In this document: piece after piece, positions 41,625-51,035 of the stretch
Layout: the number at the start of each line of letters is the position of its first letter
Numbering within the stretch: position 1 is the first letter of the stretch
NCBI GenBank assembly: GCA_964619875.1
Contig: CAZUFU010000001.1
Coordinates: 1-61,911, forward strand
Length of the DNA stretch: 61,911 nucleotides
Reading direction: 5' to 3'
Origin: an uncultured Oscillospiraceae bacterium
Lineage (GTDB): Bacteria > Bacillota > Clostridia > Peptostreptococcales > Anaerovoracaceae
The notes under the pieces: generated by a model
Database searches by the model: none
Told to the model about the DNA's origin: nothing
What the model saw: only the letters and a program-made list of their open reading frames with translations
Translations under genes and position numbers: made by a program

Positions 41625-42785
41625 TTAAAATCTGAACCCGTTTGTTTCGCAGCACTGGCATGCTGGAATCTGGCTTATCGTCTGACGTCTGCGTCTGTCG
41701 CCATCATCATCCTCATCAAAGCAGCGTTCCGAATGAGGTGCACAAGGGTCACACTGCCCCAGATTATCGCAGCATACATCTACTTCCTCGGCATTAAGAG
41801 CAAATAATGAAGGCCTTACGACCTGAAGATTGATCTTAGGAGTGAACACAAGACTTCCGGTTACCCTTACATCTCTTGACGGACAGTCTTCTTCAGATGC
41901 TTCGGATACGGTTATTACAGGATTGAGAAGAACTGCACAGCCTTCGAAATTGAAGCGGAGAGCAGGAGCTATACCCTGACTCTGGCAAGGTATTCTTACA
42001 CACTGCAGACCGAAATTGCTGGAAGCTCTTACCGTTACAGGGCATCTGCCTGTGGAGTCATTTCTGGTTTTGATACAGAGTTTAAACTCTCTGGTACATG
42101 TGCCGTTGGAAACAAAACCTTCCAGAACTATGGTGAAAAGCAGTTCCCAAGGCCCAGGGACCTCTGCCAGGAAGAAGTGTTCATCTCTGTCGCAGTCCAT
42201 GTCGCAGTCATTATCGCAGCGGCGGTGTGAGCAGCTGTCGTCGCAGATGTGTGTACATCTAGGTGTGCAAGGGCATCTTGTTATATCGGCCATAATTCCT
42301 GAAAGGTCTGCGAAGTATCTGCCGTTTTGAAGATCCAGATCTGTAACAGGGAATCCGTCAATAGTCACATCATCAGCATCGAAGGAGGAGTTTCTCGCCT
42401 GAACAGCCGAAGTGATGGTTACACAGGAGTTGGTTACTGTAAATTTTGCATTGCACAGATTGAAGTCGCTGCATCGTGTCATATTGCGGTTCCAGTCGCG
42501 ATCCCAGTCGCGTTCTCTGCACCTTCTGCAGTCACAATCTCTATCTCTATCTCTATCTCTATCTCTATCTCTATCTCTATCTCTATCTCTATCTCTATAT
42601 CTATATCTGTCTCTGTCTCTGTCCCTATCCCTGTCTCCGATGATGAGCTGCTGAGTAAAGCCTGAAGCGGTAGTGGACAGCGGCACGATCAGAGGACATG
42701 AAGATCCGGTATCATCGAAAAAAACCTTGTTAAGAAACACAAGATTTTCCGTAGTACAATTAGAATCGTTTTCTAAAAAACCCAT
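41625..42785 (-). CDS. Cys-rich protein with a (Asp-Arg)n tract, no signal peptide (unknown function; possibly a spore-surface protein)
   Basis: 386-aa ORF with GAGGT RBS. I count 31 Cys. The tract is DR x5, YR x2, DR x10, then DCDCRRCRERDWDRDWNRN. A second acidic Cys cluster is CDDSCSHRRCDNDCDMDCDRDE. Confidence 0.75.
   Translation of the reverse strand: MGFLENDSNCTTENLVFLNKVFFDDTGSSCPLIVPLSTTASGFTQQLIIGDRDRDRDRDRYRYRDRDRDRDRDRDRDRDRDRDCDCRRCRERDWDRDWNRNMTRCSDFNLCNAKFTVTNSCVTITSAVQARNSSFDADDVTIDGFPVTDLDLQNGRYFADLSGIMADITRCPCTPRCTHICDDSCSHRRCDNDCDMDCDRDEHFFLAEVPGPWELLFTIVLEGFVSNGTCTREFKLCIKTRNDSTGRCPVTVRASSNFGLQCVRIPCQSQGIAPALRFNFEGCAVLLNPVITVSEASEEDCPSRDVRVTGSLVFTPKINLQVVRPSLFALNAEEVDVCCDNLGQCDPCAPHSERCFDEDDDGDRRRRQTISQIPACQCCETNGFRF
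42537..42638. repeat. Hexanucleotide microsatellite: (ATCTCT)10 perfect plus 7 degenerate units
   Basis: Read directly. The perfect tract is 42537-42596, and degenerate units (ATATCT, GTCTCT, GTCCCT...) run to 42638. It encodes the DR/YR tract on the minus strand. Confidence 0.95.
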
Positions 42786-42919
42786 TTTTTAATTACCTCA
42801 TTTCATAAATATAGGTATTGTCATTATATGCTGTGACACTGCAGCTGGTGCGGAAGGCGGGCAAGGGAGAATTACCACATTTTAGTGGGGATATTTTTTA
42901 AATAAACCCAATTTTTATA

Positions 42920-42950
42920 TTGAAAAGTGTTTAAAAGTGGTGTATAGTGG
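42920..42950 (+). promoter_or_regulatory. P(mraZ) with three phased MraZ boxes
   Basis: TTGAAA (42920-42925), a 17-nt spacer, then TATAGT (42943-42948). AAAGTGT (42924), AAAGTGG (42934) and ATAGTGG (42944) occur at an exact 10-bp period. Confidence 0.55.
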
Positions 42951-43003
42951 TAGTATAGAAACTTACATTGGATTATTGTCATTTTATACAGGAGGCTGCA
43001 GCC

Positions 43004-43435
43004 ATGTTCATGGGCACATCTTACAACTCAATAGATGAGAAGAACAGAATGATTGTGCCTTCTAAACTGCGTGCGGGACTGGGAGCAAGGTGTATTCTAA
43101 CGAAGGGACTGGATAGATGTCTTTACATTTACACCTCTGAAGACTGGGACAAGCAGATGGAGAAAATCGCTCAGCTGCCGGAATCAGATCCCAAGGTCAG
43201 AGCTTTTATCAGACACTTCTGCGCCAATGCAGCAGAATGTGAATTTGACAAACAGGGAAGAATAATAATACCGCAGGAGCTTAAGGCGTATGCCGGCATT
43301 GAAAAAGAACTGGTTACCATGGGAGCCATGTCCAAGATAGAGGTATGGAGCCGTGAGGTATGGGATTCACCGGATAACGAGAGCAAGATGGAAAACGAGG
43401 ATTTTGCCAGAGCTCTGGCGGAATATAATTTCTAA
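43004..43435 (+). CDS. mraZ: Transcriptional regulator MraZ
   Basis: [23 protein letters not shown] and a second SpoVT/AbrB-like repeat, [12 protein letters not shown]. Confidence 0.95.
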   Translation: MFMGTSYNSIDEKNRMIVPSKLRAGLGARCILTKGLDRCLYIYTSEDWDKQMEKIAQLPESDPKVRAFIRHFCANAAECEFDKQGRIIIPQELKAYAGIEKELVTMGAMSKIEVWSREVWDSPDNESKMENEDFARALAEYNF

Positions 43436-43449
43436 GGCAGGTGGGATGT

Positions 43450-44385
43450 ATGGAATTCAGACACACATCTGTGCTTTTCGACGAATGTATGGAAGGGCTT
43501 AATATAAGACCTGATGGAATATATGTAGACGGAACTCTGGGCGGCGGGGGACACTCCGAGGGCATATGCAGCAGACTGGGAAATGAAGGTCTGCTCATAG
43601 GCATAGACCGGGACAGAGATGCGCTTAAAGCGGCCGAAGCCAGACTTAAGGAGTACACCTGCAGGAAGATTTTTGTTCAGAGTAATTATTCAGATATTAA
43701 AGATGTGCTGGCAGAGCTTGAAATCGACAGCATAGACGGTGCCTTGCTGGATCTGGGTGTTTCATCCTTTCAGCTGGACAACCCTGAGAGGGGCTTTTCA
43801 TACATGCAGGAAGCTCCGCTGGATATGAGGATGAGTCAGGATGACGATTTTACGGCTTACGACGTGATTAACAGCTACAGCGCAGAAGAGCTTAAGAATA
43901 TAATCTTTAAATACGGTGAGGAAAGATGGGCATCCAGAATAGCCGACTTCATAGTCAGAGCCAGGAAGGACAAGCCTGTTGAAACCACAGGGCAGCTGGT
44001 GGATATCATAAAAGCCGCCATACCCGCTTCCGCAAGAAGAGACGGACCTCATCCGGCCAAGAGAACATTTCAGGCTATAAGGATAGAAGTCAACGATGAA
44101 CTGGGACAGCTTGAAAGAGCTGTAGACGAATTCTGCGATGTGCTTGCACCGGGAGGAAGGCTCTGCATAATAACCTTCCACTCCCTGGAAGACCGTATAG
44201 TAAAGGATATTATCAACAAGAGAATCAACCCGTGCACATGCCCCAAGGAATTTCCGGTGTGCGTGTGCGGCAAGGTAGGAGACATAAAGAAAAAATCAAA
44301 CAAGCCTATAGCGCCGACAGCGGAGGAAATCGAAAGAAATCCTCGCTCCAGAAGCGCCAAGCTGCGGGTGGCTGAAAAAATATAG
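43450..44385 (+). CDS. rsmH: 16S rRNA (cytosine1402-N4)-methyltransferase
   Basis: HTSVLFDE...[11 protein letters not shown]...[10 protein letters not shown]. Confidence 0.95.
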   Translation: MEFRHTSVLFDECMEGLNIRPDGIYVDGTLGGGGHSEGICSRLGNEGLLIGIDRDRDALKAAEARLKEYTCRKIFVQSNYSDIKDVLAELEIDSIDGALLDLGVSSFQLDNPERGFSYMQEAPLDMRMSQDDDFTAYDVINSYSAEELKNIIFKYGEERWASRIADFIVRARKDKPVETTGQLVDIIKAAIPASARRDGPHPAKRTFQAIRIEVNDELGQLERAVDEFCDVLAPGGRLCIITFHSLEDRIVKDIINKRINPCTCPKEFPVCVCGKVGDIKKKSNKPIAPTAEEIERNPRSRSAKLRVAEKI

Positions 44386-44429
44386 CCGCAGCACAGACCG
44401 TTAATGCCAGGTGATAATGAGGGAAAAAC

Positions 44430-44942
44430 ATGACAGCAGCAGAAAGAGCATACACTTCTGACTATTCGTACATTCCGCCAAGTACTTATGCAAGAGATTT
44501 TGCACAGCAGCTCCCGGACAGAAATACGTACCCCGGAGAGGGAAGAGGCAGAGCGTCAAGACCTGACAGAAAAATCCAGGAGGTTCCCAGGACACAGCCT
44601 AAGAGCCCTGTTTCCCGTGCCGTTTTAGTGCGTTCTGTTATTTTGCTTGTTATTGCAGGTATTTTGCTGGTAGGAACGGTATGGATGAGTGCCAAGGCTA
44701 CAGAAATAAAATATTCAATTAATAAAACAAACAAGGAAATCCGCACCATCGAAAACGAAATTACCTCTCTGAGGGTTAAGATAGAAGGTGCCAACGGCAT
44801 TGAGTCGGTTGAGGAATATGCGATAAATGAGCTTAAAATGAAATACCCGACCGCAAATCAATGCATTTACATAGAAGAAGACGCGGTGGTCAGAGACACT
44901 CTCAGTGCAGAAATAAGGGAGAAGGCTTACAGCAAGTCATAG
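44430..44942 (+). CDS. ftsL: Cell division protein FtsL-like (extended N-terminal tail)
   Basis: Position between rsmH and the PBP gene. Single TM helix followed by a coiled coil (KEIRTIENEITSLRVKIE). Confidence 0.7.
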   Translation: MTAAERAYTSDYSYIPPSTYARDFAQQLPDRNTYPGEGRGRASRPDRKIQEVPRTQPKSPVSRAVLVRSVILLVIAGILLVGTVWMSAKATEIKYSINKTNKEIRTIENEITSLRVKIEGANGIESVEEYAINELKMKYPTANQCIYIEEDAVVRDTLSAEIREKAYSKS

Positions 44943-44993
44943 AATCGATACTGCGTTAATATAAATAGTCTTAGAATAATTTCATATACAGGC

Positions 44994-45040
44994 GAGCCAG
45001 ACAACTTAATACAGCCATTGGTGGTCTGGCTTTCTGTTTG
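44994..45040 (+). terminator. Terminator-like hairpin inside the dcw cluster (possible attenuator)
   Basis: GAGCCAGAC / GTCTGGCTT stem followed by TCTGTTT. Confidence 0.4.
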
Positions 45041-45071
45041 ATAAGAGAAAATAACAGGAGTCAAAAGCTGT

Positions 45072-47051
45072 ATGAAAGCACCGGTAAATTTAGTACATAA
45101 GAGAAGAGTAGCGATAGGGTTCTTTATTGTTGCCCTGCTTATGGTCGCCCTTACGTTCAGAGTTGCGTGGATTCAGATTGTAGATGCCGAAGAGTACACC
45201 GAAAAGGCCATACTTCAGCAGACGAACGATACGGCTATTCAGGCCAAGAGAGGTATCATATATGACAGAAACGGCAAGGAACTGGCTACCAGTACCACAT
45301 GCTATACTCTCTGGGTATGGCCGTCCCAGTTTACATATGAAAAGACCGATGCCGAAATAAAGGAGATGTGCGGCAAAATAGCCGAAATCATAGATAAAGA
45401 CGAGGAAAAGGTTCTTCAGAGCGCTACGAAGGATACTCTTATGGTTTCTCTGACAAAATACCTCGACAAGGAAACTGCAGATAAAATCAGGGCATTGAAA
45501 TACAGCGGTCTTGAGCTGGCAGAGGGCACCAAGAGAAACTATCCTCTCGGGAATTTTGCATCTCAGGTTCTGGGAAGTGTAAATGACGATAATCAGGGCA
45601 GAACAGGCCTTGAGCTTCAGTATGATGAATTTCTCAGCGGAGTGCCGGGAAGATGGGTTAAAAACACCGATATTTCCGGAAACGAGCTTGTAGAAGGCCG
45701 GGAAGAATATCACGAGGCACAGGATGGACTCAATGTGGTTACCACTCTCGACGAAGCAATCCAGTACTATGTGGAGAAGGCTATAGATGAGGGTATGGAA
45801 AAGACCGGGGCCAAACGCATAATGTGTCTTGTTATGGATCCTAAGACGGGGGACATTCTGGCCAGTGCCGTTACACCGGGGTTCGATCCTAACAACGCCA
45901 CTGTGCCTACAGATGAAACATACGCTGAGGAATACGAAAAAGCAAAGAATAAATCTGAAGTTTTATCAAAGATGTGGAGAAACCCCATAGTCAGTGATAC
46001 CTATGAGCCGGGGTCAACTTTCAAACTAATTACCGCATCCTCAGCAATTGAGGAAAAGGCTATCACCACTACGGAAACCTTCAGCTGTAATTCACGTATT
46101 ACCGTGGCAGGTGTTACTCTCCACTGCTGGAGCAATACAAACCACGGTACGCAGACAATCAAACAGGCTGTAGGAAACTCCTGCAACCCTGTAATGGCCA
46201 AGGTTGCTACCAAAATGGGAAAAAAGACGTTCTATAAATACCTGGATCTGTTCGGCATAACGGAGAAGACCGGTGTGGATTATCCGGGAGAAGCAGGTGC
46301 AATCGTACAGAGCCTTGAAAACGTAGGTCCTGTAGAGTTAGCTACTATAGGATACGGCCATGGTATTTCTGTAACTCCTATACAGCTGCTGACTGCAATC
46401 AGCTCCATCGGAAACGACGGTGTACTGATGCAGCCGCGTTATGTAAAGGCTTTGACCGACAGCGAAGGCAAGATTGTAGAGGAATATGAACCTAAAGTAG
46501 TGAGAAAGGTGCTTTCCACCAAGACTGCCAATGAAATGAAGGAAATCATGGAGTACGTGGTTGCCGAAGCAGGCGGTGGAAATGCCAAGATTACAGGCTA
46601 CAGAATCGGAGGCAAGACGGGTACAGCCAACAAGGTTGAAAACGGAAGCTACGGTAAGAATTACTACAGTTCATTTGTCGGAATGGCACCTATGGACGAC
46701 CCTAAGGTTTCCATTCTCGTAGTAGTTGACAGCCCGAAGGGCTCATACTACGGCTCCATCGTAGCTGCACCTATTGCCAAGTCCATACTTTCAGACGTGC
46801 TGCGCTATATGAACATTACGCCTGAATATACCGACGCGGAAAAAGCGGCTATAGAAGGCAACTACACTGTAGTGCCTGATGTTGTCGGCAAGGAGTTCAG
46901 CGAGGCGGCAGGCATTCTGGGAGGCAAAGATCTTAAGTACAGCCGTCCTAAGTCGGCCAGAGACGATGACAACTTTACCGTTGTGGATCAGTATCCTAAG
47001 GCGGGAACCAAGGTTAAAAAGAATTCAGTGGTCTATGTCTACAAGGAATAG
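45072..47051 (+). CDS. Class B PBP of the divisome (FtsI/PBP2B/SpoVD-like) with a C-terminal PASTA domain
   Basis: Motifs STFK, SCN and KTGTA. The PASTA-like tail is VPDVVGKEFSEAAGIL...VVDQYPKAGTKVKKNSVVYVY. Confidence 0.9.
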   Translation: MKAPVNLVHKRRVAIGFFIVALLMVALTFRVAWIQIVDAEEYTEKAILQQTNDTAIQAKRGIIYDRNGKELATSTTCYTLWVWPSQFTYEKTDAEIKEMCGKIAEIIDKDEEKVLQSATKDTLMVSLTKYLDKETADKIRALKYSGLELAEGTKRNYPLGNFASQVLGSVNDDNQGRTGLELQYDEFLSGVPGRWVKNTDISGNELVEGREEYHEAQDGLNVVTTLDEAIQYYVEKAIDEGMEKTGAKRIMCLVMDPKTGDILASAVTPGFDPNNATVPTDETYAEEYEKAKNKSEVLSKMWRNPIVSDTYEPGSTFKLITASSAIEEKAITTTETFSCNSRITVAGVTLHCWSNTNHGTQTIKQAVGNSCNPVMAKVATKMGKKTFYKYLDLFGITEKTGVDYPGEAGAIVQSLENVGPVELATIGYGHGISVTPIQLLTAISSIGNDGVLMQPRYVKALTDSEGKIVEEYEPKVVRKVLSTKTANEMKEIMEYVVAEAGGGNAKITGYRIGGKTGTANKVENGSYGKNYYSSFVGMAPMDDPKVSILVVVDSPKGSYYGSIVAAPIAKSILSDVLRYMNITPEYTDAEKAAIEGNYTVVPDVVGKEFSEAAGILGGKDLKYSRPKSARDDDNFTVVDQYPKAGTKVKKNSVVYVYKE

Positions 47052-47089
47052 GACCTGAGCATAAAATATATCTCGGAGGTAAATTGAAA

Positions 47090-48577
47090 ATGATGCTGGA
47101 AGCTTTGCTGGGAGGTTTCGGTTTCGAAATCGCAGCAGGTACTCCGGATAAGGACGCATGCGCGTTGATTTACCATTCAGATAACACCGTGCCCGGAAGT
47201 GCTTTTTTCGCCATAAACGGGACGGAGAGGGACGGCAGAAGCTATATGGAAAGCGCAGCACAAAAAGGAGCCTGCCTTATTGTTACCGAAAGAGGCGGCC
47301 CTGAGACTGACGGCTTACTTAAAAGATTGTCTGCACAATATGGACTTACAGCCGTTTACACTGAGAATACCAGAAAGGCTCTGGCAGCAGCTTCAGCCGA
47401 GTTTTACGGAAGACCTGCAGACAAACTGATGCTTATAGGCGTTACCGGCACCAAGGGAAAGACCACCACCACTTTCATGGTCAAGGAAATCCTTGAAGGG
47501 GCAGGTATCAAAACGGGGATAATAGGAACGGTGGTATCAGGGTACGATGGCAGCTATGAGGAGGCATCAAACACAACACCTCAGTCCACAGACATTCACA
47601 GAGCTCTCAGAAAAATGGCTGATGCAGGCTGCAACGCTGCCGTAATCGAGGTTTCATCACAGGGACTGATGCAGGAAAGAACCTTCGGCCTGAACTTCAA
47701 TTCGGTAATCTTTACCAATATTTATCCCGACCATATAGGCGGAAGAGAACATGAAAGTTTTGAAGATTATATTTACTGGAAAAGCAGGTTGTTTAAACAG
47801 ACAAAAACAGCTATAATCAATAGAGATGATCCCCATTGGGAGTATATTGCCGGGGAAAGCGAGGCTGCAAGGCTTGTAACTTTTTCGGCAGCAGGCAATT
47901 CGCTGGCAGACTATGTCGCTTCGGACATAAAACTCATGTGGCAGAGAGACATTCTGGGAGTCAGCTTCAATTCAGGCGGACGTGAATTTGTCCTGGGTAT
48001 GCCGGGAAAATTCAACGCGGCCAATGCCCTAGGGGCGGCCGCATGCGGAGAAACGCTGGGAATCAGCATGAACATTGCGGCGGAGGCCCTTGCCAATGTG
48101 CGTGTAAGAGGAAGAACCGAACAGGTTGAACTTAATGAGGACTTTACCGTTCTGGTAGATTATGCTCATAACGGACCGGCACTTGAGAGTCTGCTGACAA
48201 CCCTTCGTGAGTACGAGCCGGCCAGGCTGATTCCTGTATTCGGCTGCGGTGGAGAAAGGGACAGGAACAGGCGCTTTGAGATGGGAAGGTGTGCAGCGGA
48301 GCTGGCGGATTTTACGGTGGTAACTTCAGACAATCCGAGGCGTGAAAAGCCCATGGATATAATAAAGGACATAATCTCGGCCATGGCGGAGGAGGAAGGC
48401 AGCTATACTGTTATTCCCGACAGAAGGGAAGCAATACGCTGGACTGTTTCTCAGGCGCAGACCGGGGATATAATAATAATTGCAGGGAAGGGTCACGAAA
48501 CTTATCAGATAACTGGTGAGGAAAAACGACATTTTGATGACCGTGAGGAGGTCCTTTCTGCAATGGGAAAAATTTGA
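47090..48577 (+). CDS. murE: UDP-MurNAc-L-Ala-D-Glu--2,6-diaminopimelate ligase
   Basis: GVTGTKGKTTT. The DNPR motif (SDNPRRE) suggests meso-DAP specificity. ATG lies 10 nt after GGAGG. Confidence 0.95.
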   Translation: MMLEALLGGFGFEIAAGTPDKDACALIYHSDNTVPGSAFFAINGTERDGRSYMESAAQKGACLIVTERGGPETDGLLKRLSAQYGLTAVYTENTRKALAAASAEFYGRPADKLMLIGVTGTKGKTTTTFMVKEILEGAGIKTGIIGTVVSGYDGSYEEASNTTPQSTDIHRALRKMADAGCNAAVIEVSSQGLMQERTFGLNFNSVIFTNIYPDHIGGREHESFEDYIYWKSRLFKQTKTAIINRDDPHWEYIAGESEAARLVTFSAAGNSLADYVASDIKLMWQRDILGVSFNSGGREFVLGMPGKFNAANALGAAACGETLGISMNIAAEALANVRVRGRTEQVELNEDFTVLVDYAHNGPALESLLTTLREYEPARLIPVFGCGGERDRNRRFEMGRCAAELADFTVVTSDNPRREKPMDIIKDIISAMAEEEGSYTVIPDRREAIRWTVSQAQTGDIIIIAGKGHETYQITGEEKRHFDDREEVLSAMGKI

Positions 48578-48587
48578 GGAAAAAACT

Positions 48588-50003
48588 ATGAGAACATTTA
48601 CTGTAAAGGAAATAATAGAGGCTACAGGAGGTATCCTGCTTTCGGGCGACGAAAGCAATGAGGTTTACAGGGTCTGCACTGATTCCAGAAAAGCAGGGCC
48701 GGGAGATCTGTTTTTTGCACTTAAAGGGGAAAACAACGACGGCCATGACTATCTGGCTCAGGTGCTGGAATCCGGCTGCCGGACAATAGTCGTATCTGAC
48801 GAAAGTAAGGTGCCCAAGCAGACTTTTCAGGCTCAGCCGGGAGATGCGGACATAATCTCCACAGAGGACACTACAGCTGCGCTTCAGAGGCTTTCCGCAT
48901 ACTATCTGGACAGTCTGCCTCTCAGAACCAAGATAGCGGTTACGGGCAGCGTGGGTAAGACCAGCACCAGAGATATGCTTTATTATGCACTTTCAACCAC
49001 CTTCAGAACAGGCAGGAATCCGAAGAACTTCAACAACGGCTTCGGCCTTCCTCTCAGTATCATGGATTTTGCTCCCGATACGGAGGCGGCAGTGCTTGAG
49101 ATGGGTATGAGCGCAGCCGGCGAAATAGAGAAGCTTGCAAGGCTGGCCAGGCCGGACATGGCCATTATTACCAACATAGGTATTTCCCACATAGAGAATC
49201 TGGGAAGCAGAGAAGGCATACTTAAAGCCAAGCTGGAGGTTGCATCATGTTTTGATGAGAACTCTGTGCTGATAATAAATGCTGATAACGATATGCTTAC
49301 ACCTGAAAATGTAAAGGGCCCATACAGGGTCATAACCGTAGGCAGCGGTTCTGACTGCGATTACAGAATATCCGATGTTTGCGATTCCGGTGACAAGGGT
49401 GTAAAATATACTCTGCATTGCGGAGGCAGTGAATACGCTGTTAAGCTTCCGGTGCCGGGAGCACATAATGCTGTAAATTCGGCACTTGCAGTAGCTGCAG
49501 CTGAACTTGCAGGTATTTCGCCTGACAAGGCCATCAGAGGACTGGAACAGGCAGAGCTTACTGAAAAGAGATTAAATATAAAGAATAAGGGCAGAATTAA
49601 GGTTATAGATGACACTTATAATGCATGTCCGGATTCTATGAAATCAGCAATCAATACCCTTATGGCCACCGAAAAGGATGCAGACGGCAGAAGAATTGCC
49701 ATTCTGGGTGACATGTTTGAACTGGGAGGAGAGAGCGAAAGAGCACATCTGGAAATCGGCCGTTATGCCGGTGAAAAGGGAACCGACCTTCTGATTGCAG
49801 TAGGAGAGGCTGCGGAAGGTTACGCACGCGGTGCAGAAACCATGTCATGTATGGGAGCAGATAAGGTGCGTTATTACGCTGATAAGGAAACATTGCTTCA
49901 GGATATTTCCCAACTGATAGATCAGGGGGATGTGGTGCTGGTCAAGGCTTCAAGAAGCATGTTTCTTGAAGAGGTTGTAAAGGAAATACTGAAGGATAAA
50001 TAA
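48588..50003 (+). CDS. murF: UDP-MurNAc-tripeptide--D-Ala-D-Ala ligase
   Basis: VTGSVGKTSTR. The start is set at the ATG after GAGGAAAA. Confidence 0.95.
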   Translation: MRTFTVKEIIEATGGILLSGDESNEVYRVCTDSRKAGPGDLFFALKGENNDGHDYLAQVLESGCRTIVVSDESKVPKQTFQAQPGDADIISTEDTTAALQRLSAYYLDSLPLRTKIAVTGSVGKTSTRDMLYYALSTTFRTGRNPKNFNNGFGLPLSIMDFAPDTEAAVLEMGMSAAGEIEKLARLARPDMAIITNIGISHIENLGSREGILKAKLEVASCFDENSVLIINADNDMLTPENVKGPYRVITVGSGSDCDYRISDVCDSGDKGVKYTLHCGGSEYAVKLPVPGAHNAVNSALAVAAAELAGISPDKAIRGLEQAELTEKRLNIKNKGRIKVIDDTYNACPDSMKSAINTLMATEKDADGRRIAILGDMFELGGESERAHLEIGRYAGEKGTDLLIAVGEAAEGYARGAETMSCMGADKVRYYADKETLLQDISQLIDQGDVVLVKASRSMFLEEVVKEILKDK

Positions 50004-50027
50004 TTAAGACAAGATAGGAGTAAGAAA

Positions 50028-51023
50028 ATGCAGAATTTGATATACCCTGTAATTGCAACGATTATAGCATGGGTTCTGGGCGCTTTGTTTACCAAGATGC
50101 TCATTCCGTTTTTAGAAAAGAAACAGTTCAGACAGTTTGTAAGAGAAGTAGGACCTCAGTCTCATCTTTCCAAGACAGGAACGCCGAGTATGGGGGGACT
50201 GGCAATCATCAACTCCGCAGCAATAGCTGCCCTTGTTGTTACCGCCATAGAAGGAAGTCTGGATATAAGGGTTGCAGGCGTTATCGTGCTCATGTACCTG
50301 TTTGCTCTTATCGGCTTTATAGATGATTACGAAAAAGCCATAAAAAAGAATAACGCAGGTATCAGCCCTAAGCAGAAGATAGTCATGCAGTTCGGATTTT
50401 CTCTTGCCTTTGCTGTGTTTGCGGCATATTTTTCTACAGCCACTTTTGGTATGGTCGGAGGTACAGAAGTATGGATACCTTTTATAGACAGATACGTGGA
50501 TTTCGGCATTCTGTATATACCTTTTGAAATATTTGTACTGGTTGCTTTCAGCAATTCCGTAAATCTGACAGACGGTCTTGACGGGCTTGCTTCCGGCGTG
50601 ACTGCACTGGTAAGCATATTCATGGTTGTTGCAGGTGCCGCCTTCTGCTTTACAGGTGAGCCGGTCATATTCGGAGCTGTGGCGGGAGGTTGTCTCGGAT
50701 TCCTGATTTTCAACAAGAATCCTGCGAAGATTTTTATGGGTGACACGGGTTCCATGGCGCTGGGCGGCGTGCTGGCTGCAGGAGCAATCATGATGAAGCT
50801 GGAATTCCTTATTGCAATCGCCGGACTGGTTTACGTGATTGAAGCTCTGTCAGTAATCATTCAGGTGACATATTACAAAAAGACGAAGAAAAGAATATTT
50901 AAAATGGCACCGATTCACCACCATTTCGAGCTTTGCGGAATGAGTGAACGCAAGGTAGTTGCCATGTTCTGGGCAGCTACTCTGGTTTTCTGCCTGCTTG
51001 CCATTTTAGTAATGAACATATAG
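50028..51023 (+). CDS. mraY: Phospho-N-acetylmuramoyl-pentapeptide transferase
   Basis: NSVNLTDGLDGLA, GDTGSMALGG and PIHHHFE. Confidence 0.95.
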   Translation: MQNLIYPVIATIIAWVLGALFTKMLIPFLEKKQFRQFVREVGPQSHLSKTGTPSMGGLAIINSAAIAALVVTAIEGSLDIRVAGVIVLMYLFALIGFIDDYEKAIKKNNAGISPKQKIVMQFGFSLAFAVFAAYFSTATFGMVGGTEVWIPFIDRYVDFGILYIPFEIFVLVAFSNSVNLTDGLDGLASGVTALVSIFMVVAGAAFCFTGEPVIFGAVAGGCLGFLIFNKNPAKIFMGDTGSMALGGVLAAGAIMMKLEFLIAIAGLVYVIEALSVIIQVTYYKKTKKRIFKMAPIHHHFELCGMSERKVVAMFWAATLVFCLLAILVMNI

Positions 51024-51035
51024 AGGTGATTATCG

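Noticed and set aside
42327-42665. Plus-strand ORFs (112 and 80 aa) reading the microsatellite as (IS)n / (SL)n
   Set aside because: These are short and have no RBS. They exist only because the hexamer repeat is open in several frames. The minus-strand frame gives a 386-aa ORF with an RBS and a coherent Cys-rich domain.
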